The notes under the pieces were generated by a model. The model saw only the letters and a program-made list of their open reading frames with translations. It was not told the DNA's origin and ran no database searches. Source: Pseudomonadota bacterium (lineage in GTDB: Bacteria > Pseudomonadota > Gammaproteobacteria > Burkholderiales > JABEVD01). Taken from it: a stretch of 64,000 nt of DNA. Location: positions 30,822 through 94,821 of the forward strand of contig JAJZRS010000001.1 in assembly GCA_021802545.1 (NCBI GenBank), read 5' to 3'. The first letter of the stretch is position 1. Each line of letters starts with the position of its first letter. Positions 58,821 to 64,000 of this stretch are shown here, piece by piece. Both the position numbers and the translations under genes were made by a program.

Positions 58821-59992
58821 GGCGGAATGGATCAGCCCTCCTGATTGTCATGCTGGTCGTCATGATGCTTGGAATCTGGCTCTTTTCAGACATGCCGCAA
58901 TCGAATTCCGTAAATTCAGAACAGGACAATGCTTCCGTGCTCGCAGCTGCAAAGGAGGCGCTGATCGGGCGGTCGATCCAGGAGGATCACCGGCCGGGAA
59001 GCCTGCCTTGCCCGGATACGGACAACGACGGCGAGGCCGAAATGTTCTATGGAAACGAGTGCCCTTCGTATGTCGGCAGGCTTCCCTGGAAGACGCTCGG
59101 TCTTCCTGACCCCAGGGATGTTCACGGGGAACGGCTCTGGTACGCGCTTTCCAGGAATTTCAGGGATGACGATTCGGCGCAGCCGATCAACAGCGACACG
59201 AAAGGCACGCTGAAGGTTTTTGCGGCCGATGGCGTGACCGACCTGACGCCGCCAGGGTCGGAAGCGGTAGCCCTGATTTTCGCTCCAGGGGCGGCGCTTG
59301 GCACTCAGATCAGGGACGCAGTTGCGGCATCATGTGTTGCGACAGGCAAGAGTATCAGCCGAAATCTTTGCCCCGACAATTACCTCGATTCGACCAATGG
59401 ATTCAACAATGCAACCGGGCCTTTCATCGAAGGGACGGAATCGGGGACATTCAACGACCAGATGCTGATCATCAGGGCGAAAGACATCATGCCGCTTGTT
59501 GAAAAAAGAGTGGCGAAGGATCTTCTGAAAAGTCTCGCGAACTACCGTTACGAATACGGCTATTATCCCTATCCAGCAAAGCACGATGCATGTTCTGCAT
59601 CTCAATGCGATTCTGACGATACGGCATGCAGAGGCAGAATCCCGAGGAATGCGGCTGTTGCAGGTACGGAAGCCTTACCGCTCCCTGATTGGTTCATCCC
59701 CAACCAGTGGTACAGGGAAATCTATTACAGCGTCGGGGCAGATTCGCTGAAATCGAGCGCCAACCTTGATCCGCCATGCGGACACAGGCTTGTCGTGTCA
59801 GGGGCGCAGGTCGACATGGTTTTTTTCACGCCTGGAACCCCCATGGGCGCGATCGTCCGCCCAAGCGACACGCTTTCCGACTATATTGAAGACAATGAAA
59901 ACCAGGATGGATGGAGCGCCGGCGCAAATGACGTTTACGTCGTTCCGACCTCGACGCTCAACGACAGGGACAGGATCTATACGTTGCCATGA
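58817..59992 (+). CDS. Large minor-pilin/pseudopilin-like protein (GspK/PilX-like N-terminus)
   Basis: N-terminal GSALLIVMLVVMMLG hydrophobic segment without the canonical G-F-T-L-x-E. It shares an LPCP...C...G.LPW.TL block with the next gene. Confidence 0.45.
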   Translation: MRRNGSALLIVMLVVMMLGIWLFSDMPQSNSVNSEQDNASVLAAAKEALIGRSIQEDHRPGSLPCPDTDNDGEAEMFYGNECPSYVGRLPWKTLGLPDPRDVHGERLWYALSRNFRDDDSAQPINSDTKGTLKVFAADGVTDLTPPGSEAVALIFAPGAALGTQIRDAVAASCVATGKSISRNLCPDNYLDSTNGFNNATGPFIEGTESGTFNDQMLIIRAKDIMPLVEKRVAKDLLKSLANYRYEYGYYPYPAKHDACSASQCDSDDTACRGRIPRNAAVAGTEALPLPDWFIPNQWYREIYYSVGADSLKSSANLDPPCGHRLVVSGAQVDMVFFTPGTPMGAIVRPSDTLSDYIEDNENQDGWSAGANDVYVVPTSTLNDRDRIYTLP

Positions 59993-60672
59993 AGGGTTTC
60001 ACGCTCGTCGAAATCGCCATCGTGCTCGCCATCCTCGCGCTTCTTTTGGGCGGGATGCTCGTGCCGATTTCTGCTCAGATCGATCAGCAGAAGATCATGG
60101 AAACGGAAAAGTCGATCGAGCTTGCGAAGGAGGCGCTGACCGGATTTGCGATGGTCAAGGGCTATCTTCCCTGTCCCGCCGTGTCCGCGACGGACGGCAA
60201 CGAAGATCGATCCTCTGGAAACTGCAACAAGCGGGTTGGATTCCTTCCCTGGGTGACGCTCGCCTCTCCCAGGCAGGATGCCTGGGGACACCTTTTCCGC
60301 TACAGCGTCAGCCCGGCATTTTCTATGGCGACTCCCACGTTTTCTTTTTCCAGTTCCGCGGACATCACGATCTGGACAAGAAATGCAGCAGGAGTGCTGG
60401 CCAGACTCAGCAACGACAACGGCATTGCCGCGGTCGTTCTTTCCCACGGGAAGGACGGCTACGGCGGGACGAGCATATCCGGTGCAGCGCTGGTTTCCCC
60501 TCCCGCTGCCAACGTGGACGAAACCGCCAACGCAGTCAATGCGAACCTCTTCGTGTCTAGAACGCAGGTGACCGATCCCACCACAAGCGGCGGCGCTTTC
60601 GACGATATCGTCGACTGGATTTCGCCCTTTACACTGTTCGACAGGATGGTGGCCGCAGGGAGGCTGCCATGA
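59989..60672 (+). CDS. Prepilin-type N-terminal cleavage/methylation domain protein (minor pilin)
   Basis: MKGFTLVEIAIVLAILALLLGG class III signal. Confidence 0.8.
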   Translation: MKGFTLVEIAIVLAILALLLGGMLVPISAQIDQQKIMETEKSIELAKEALTGFAMVKGYLPCPAVSATDGNEDRSSGNCNKRVGFLPWVTLASPRQDAWGHLFRYSVSPAFSMATPTFSFSSSADITIWTRNAAGVLARLSNDNGIAAVVLSHGKDGYGGTSISGAALVSPPAANVDETANAVNANLFVSRTQVTDPTTSGGAFDDIVDWISPFTLFDRMVAAGRLP

Positions 60673-61424
60673 GCGCCATCGCAATCTATACCCTGCTCGA
60701 TGTCCTGAGAAACAGGGCGTTATGGCTCGCCCTTCTGCTTGCAGTAGTCGGAATATGCCTTTCGCTTTTCCTGCAGCAGGTCGCCGTCACGCAAAGCGTA
60801 CAGATCCAGTCCGGGACTTTGGCGCTGATCGAGCGGACAGGCTCGGTCTTCATTCTCGTTTCCGTTGTCTTGTCGGGCATGATCCGGGATTATCACGACA
60901 AGTCGCTCGAATTCTTCCTGGCCATGCCGATCAGCAGGGCGGATTACCTCTTGGGCAGATGGTCGGGCTATGCCGCATTTTCCCTCATGCTCGCCGCGCT
61001 GCTTTCAATTCCCCTGTTGTGGAGCTCCCCAGGCAAGGTTGTGCTCATCTGGGGAACTTCGCTTTTCTTCGAGCTCGTCCTGATGAGTTCGGTCAGCCTG
61101 TTCTTTTCGATCACGCTCACGCAAATGCCGGCAGCGCTCGCCGGGGTTCTCGGCTTCTATCTGCTTTCCCGTTCCATGGGGACGCTCCTTCTGATCATGA
61201 ACGGCCCGCTGGCCGATCACGGTCTTCTCCAGAAGGTAACGAATTCCGTGCTTTCATCGATCGGCTATTTCCTTCCCCGCCTCGACGAATTCACGCGGAC
61301 GGCATGGCTTGTCTATCCTTCCCCGCAGTGGCACGAATTGCTGTTTGTTGCGGTGCAAACGGGCATTTATTCAGCACTGATGTGTTGCGCAGCGCTTTTC
61401 GATTTCTACAGGAGGGAGGTGTGA
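60669..61424 (+). CDS. ABC-2-like polytopic membrane protein embedded in the pilus cluster
   Basis: Six hydrophobic segments in 251 aa with no soluble domain, overlapping its neighbours. It is the likely partner of the ATPase at 50491. Confidence 0.55.
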   Translation: MSAIAIYTLLDVLRNRALWLALLLAVVGICLSLFLQQVAVTQSVQIQSGTLALIERTGSVFILVSVVLSGMIRDYHDKSLEFFLAMPISRADYLLGRWSGYAAFSLMLAALLSIPLLWSSPGKVVLIWGTSLFFELVLMSSVSLFFSITLTQMPAALAGVLGFYLLSRSMGTLLLIMNGPLADHGLLQKVTNSVLSSIGYFLPRLDEFTRTAWLVYPSPQWHELLFVAVQTGIYSALMCCAALFDFYRREV

Positions 61425-62080
61425 GAAGAATTTCATTCTTCCTCGCCGCTATGCTCATCATTCAGCTGGCCTGGCAGGCCGAGGCGCGTAGAGAGGGCGC
61501 GCACGAGACAAAGCTTCCATCACCGCCCCAGATTGCGGCATTGAGGCTTGCAAGCTTCGACGAGTCGGTCATGGTGTCCCGCTATCTCATGCTCTACCTC
61601 CAGTCATTCGACATCCAGCCCGGCATCGTCGTTCCCTACCGGGATCTCGATTACGGCAATGTGGCGAAATGGCTGAAAAGGAGCATGGAACTCGACGAGC
61701 ATGATCCCTATCCACTCTTTGCCGCGAGCTATATCTATGCGAGCGCAAATGAAAAAGCGCAGAAAATGCGGATGCTTGATTTCATCTACGGCGAATTCCT
61801 GAAGCAGCCTGAAGCGCGGTGGCCCTGGCTTGCGAGAGGATATCTTGTCGCAAGATACGGGCTGCACGATTTTCCCCTGGCTGCAAAGTATTCTGCTGCG
61901 CTGCAGGAACATGCGGGCGTGCCGAACTGGGTGGGGGAAATGACGGTATTCACCCTGGAAGACATGGGGGAACTCAAGAGCGCGAAAATATTGCTCGGCG
62001 GCATGCTGGCAGGGGGAAGAATCAGTGATCCCAACGAAGTGGCCTTCCTGAAAAGGGAGCTTGGGCGCATCGAAAATTAG
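61421..62080 (+). CDS. Hypothetical exported protein of the pilus cluster
   Basis: GTG at 61421 overlaps the preceding stop (alternative ATG at 61451). Signal-like FFLAAMLIIQLAWQA is present. Only the 3' ~220 codons of the listed 452-aa ORF are taken as real. Confidence 0.45.
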   Translation: MRRISFFLAAMLIIQLAWQAEARREGAHETKLPSPPQIAALRLASFDESVMVSRYLMLYLQSFDIQPGIVVPYRDLDYGNVAKWLKRSMELDEHDPYPLFAASYIYASANEKAQKMRMLDFIYGEFLKQPEARWPWLARGYLVARYGLHDFPLAAKYSAALQEHAGVPNWVGEMTVFTLEDMGELKSAKILLGGMLAGGRISDPNEVAFLKRELGRIEN

Positions 62081-62138
62081 GTGAGCAGCGAATTTTTCAT
62101 GTGCTATGTTGAATCTGGGACACAAAAGGAGATAAATC

Positions 62139-62789
62139 ATGAAGATGAGGGGATTCACGCTGGTCGAGATCGCCATCGTGCTGGTGATCGTCGGACTCCT
62201 GCTTGCTGCGGTATTGAAGGGGCAGGAATTGGTCACGCAGGGCAAAATCAAGGGGGCGATCGCCGACTTCAACGGCGTGCTGACCGCATTCAACGGCTAT
62301 CAGGACAGATACAAGGCGATTCCGGGAGACGATGCGCACGCCGACAGATGGACCACGACCGGCCTTATCGTGGTCGACGGTGACGGAAATGGGATTGTCG
62401 CGGGGGACTACAATGCAACGCCTTCCAATCCGTCGACATCGGTTCAGGAATCGAACAATTTCTGGTGGTTTTTGCGTTTGGCGAATTTCTACCCTGGCGC
62501 GGCTACAGTCAGTGCTGGCCCTATCCAGCCCACGAACAGCGTCGGCGGAGTCATAGGGGTTCAGAATAGTGCGCTGGGGATGAACGGCCTAGTGATTTGC
62601 TTGACTGCGGTTCCCTACAAGATTGCAATCGCGGTGGATACGCAGATCGACGACGGAAATGCGACGACCGGTTCGGTGCGGGCTCTTGCCTATACCACGG
62701 CGCTGCCGACCGGAGCGGAACTCTCCGCAACACCGACAGCGGCTTACATAGAGGGCAGCACCTACGTGTTGTGCCGTTCCGCAAGCTGA
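62139..62789 (+). CDS. Type IV pilin-like protein (major pilin candidate 1)
   Basis: AAGGAG lies 7 nt upstream. The class III signal is MKMRGFTLVEIAIVLVIVGLLLA. The C-terminal Cys pair is spaced 40 residues apart (LVICLTAV...YVLCRS). Confidence 0.8.
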   Translation: MKMRGFTLVEIAIVLVIVGLLLAAVLKGQELVTQGKIKGAIADFNGVLTAFNGYQDRYKAIPGDDAHADRWTTTGLIVVDGDGNGIVAGDYNATPSNPSTSVQESNNFWWFLRLANFYPGAATVSAGPIQPTNSVGGVIGVQNSALGMNGLVICLTAVPYKIAIAVDTQIDDGNATTGSVRALAYTTALPTGAELSATPTAAYIEGSTYVLCRSAS

Positions 62790-62798
62790 GAGGCTGAA

Positions 62799-63506
62799 AT
62801 GAAAAGAGGGCAATCCGGTTTCACCCTGGTCGAAATCGCGATCGTGCTCGTCATCATCGGACTCCTTATCGGCGGCGTGCTCAAGGGGCAGGAAATGATC
62901 ACGCAGGGAAGGATCAAGAATGCGATCATCGATTTTTCTGGCGTCACGGCGGCCTATTACGCCTATATCGACAGGTACAAGGCCCTTCCCGGAGACGACA
63001 GTCAAGCTACCAGCAGGTGGGGGGCGGCTATTCTTCCTACCAACGCCTACGGCAACGGGGATGGCGTGGTCACGGGAAATTACTATCAAACAACACCAGG
63101 CTCGGCGGCATCCAACGAAACCGCAGATTTCTGGTTGCATCTTAGAGCGGCTGGGCTGGTGACAGGGAGTACAAGTCTTGATAGTAATGGTAAAGTCACG
63201 CTTCCCGTCAATTCCTCCGGCAGCATCATCGGGGTTCAAACGGGTGATGGCAATTCACCGCCTTCCGGGGTGTTGAAGTCCAGTGGATCTGATTCTGGGC
63301 TGGCAAGTCTGATGATTTGTTCATCGAACCTGCCGGACAGGGTAGCAGCGGCGGTCGATGCACAGCTCGACGACGGCCGTCCAAACACAGGAAGTATGCG
63401 CGCAAAGCAGACAGCGGTACCCGATACGATAACGAGCTCTACTAATCCAATGGGAGCTCCCTATTCCGATACTGGAACAGCCCTGACCATCTGCAGGGCG
63501 CTCTAG
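62799..63506 (+). CDS. Type IV pilin-like protein (paralog, major pilin candidate 2)
   Basis: MKRGQSGFTLVEIAIVLVIIGLLIGGVLKGQEMITQGRIKNAIIDF... parallels the preceding gene through about residue 70 and again at ...DAQLDDG..NTGS.RA. Confidence 0.8.
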   Translation: MKRGQSGFTLVEIAIVLVIIGLLIGGVLKGQEMITQGRIKNAIIDFSGVTAAYYAYIDRYKALPGDDSQATSRWGAAILPTNAYGNGDGVVTGNYYQTTPGSAASNETADFWLHLRAAGLVTGSTSLDSNGKVTLPVNSSGSIIGVQTGDGNSPPSGVLKSSGSDSGLASLMICSSNLPDRVAAAVDAQLDDGRPNTGSMRAKQTAVPDTITSSTNPMGAPYSDTGTALTICRAL

Positions 63507-64000
63507 CCCTGAAGCAGCTTGATTTCGGCAGCGGCAAGTCCCGCAGGTGCCCCTCTCAGGACGACGACGTCGCCGGCTTCCAGGACGGTTTCAGGAGATG
63601 GAGAAAGCCCCCTGATGTTGCGCCGCCTGACTGCGGTGACGTCGACAGAAAATCGGGAAAGGTCGAGGTTTTCGAGCGACTTGCCTATGCAGGACGCGCC
63701 TTCAGGGATCATGACGCTCATGAGACGCAATTGCAGCGCGTCGTTCTGCTCGGATGAATGGTCGGTCGTGCCCCTGAAAAAGCCGCGGAATCCGCTGTAG
63801 CGCTCTTCCCTCGTTTCCCTGATGCGCTTCAATACCCGGTTCAGCGGGACGCCCAGAAGCAGCAGCGCGTGGGAAGCGAGCATCATGCTGCCTTCCATGA
63901 TCTCTGCGACGACTTCAGCCGCGCCCGCTCGCCTCAACTGGTCCATCTCCGAATCGTCCAGGGTCCTCACCACGACCGGAAGATCGGGGCGAAGTTCGCG
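63503..64000 (-). CDS. C-terminal part of a CPA2-family cation:proton antiporter (TrkA-N end plus RCK/TrkA-C domain); 5' end outside window
   Basis: The frame is open to nt 64000 (RELRPDLPVV precedes the listed GTG-Met). The TrkA-C-like block is VMIPEGASCIGKSLENLDL......V.AVRR........P...T.LEAGDVVVL.G. Confidence 0.7.
   Translation of the reverse strand, partial: RELRPDLPVVVRTLDDSEMDQLRRAGAAEVVAEIMEGSMMLASHALLLLGVPLNRVLKRIRETREERYSGFRGFFRGTTDHSSEQNDALQLRLMSVMIPEGASCIGKSLENLDLSRFSVDVTAVRRRNIRGLSPSPETVLEAGDVVVLRGAPAGLAAAEIKLLQG

Noticed and set aside
60722-61420. 5' two-thirds of the listed 452-aa plus-strand ORF
   Set aside because: This part overlaps the ABC-2-like permease out of frame and translates to Arg/Pro/Ala-rich nonsense. 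Only the portion after the GTG at 61421, which overlaps the permease stop, looks like a real exported protein.

Overview
This 64-kb window comes from a moderately GC-rich Gram-negative chromosome. Gene order and protein families look betaproteobacterial, but that is inference only. All calls rest on reading the supplied ORF translations and the DNA by eye; no search was run.

Layout:
(1) 1-6.7 kb: the end of a cellulose locus (bcsB', bcsC). Convergent to it is bcsG followed by a stand-alone MshEN-domain protein.
(2) 6.8-8.5 kb: a LasR/RsaL/LasI-style acyl-homoserine-lactone quorum-sensing locus with a lux-box-like palindrome.
(3) 8.5-17.9 kb: small envelope proteins and a dense second-messenger block. 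It holds a CHASE-PAS3-GGDEF-EAL protein coupled to an HDOD protein, and a GAF-GAF-PAS adenylate/guanylate cyclase divergent from a cNMP-binding protein.
(4) 18.1-29.8 kb: the accessory part, two AT-richer islands stacked at the 3' end of tRNA-Thr(UGU). They are delimited by a perfect 45-bp repeat and an older decayed repeat of the tRNA end, and no integrase is present. The distal island carries an AbiE-like pair, HepT/MntA and an HNH endonuclease. The tRNA-proximal island carries a SIR2-APAZ + short Argonaute operon (SPARSA-type) divergent from a 1,080-aa reverse transcriptase-nitrilase fusion (DRT1-like). The shared intergenic region between those two contains stacked GC-rich hairpins.
(5) 29.9-50.4 kb: ordinary housekeeping genes: sspAB, degS-like, tatD, tcdA, rlmD, gluQ, tatABC, hisGDBHAFIE, murA, ibaG, mlaFEDCB.
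(6) 50.5-63.5 kb: an MSHA/T2SS-like pilus cluster with unusual order and an ABC transporter split around it, ending in two tandem pilin paralogs.
(7) 63.5-64 kb: the 3' end of a CPA2 antiporter gene.

No rRNA, CRISPR array, IS element or recombinase gene was seen. The defence gene families themselves look like members of described systems. The less-described aspects are their pairing, the candidate RNA element between them, the integrase-less tandem island structure, and the MshEN-bcsG linkage.
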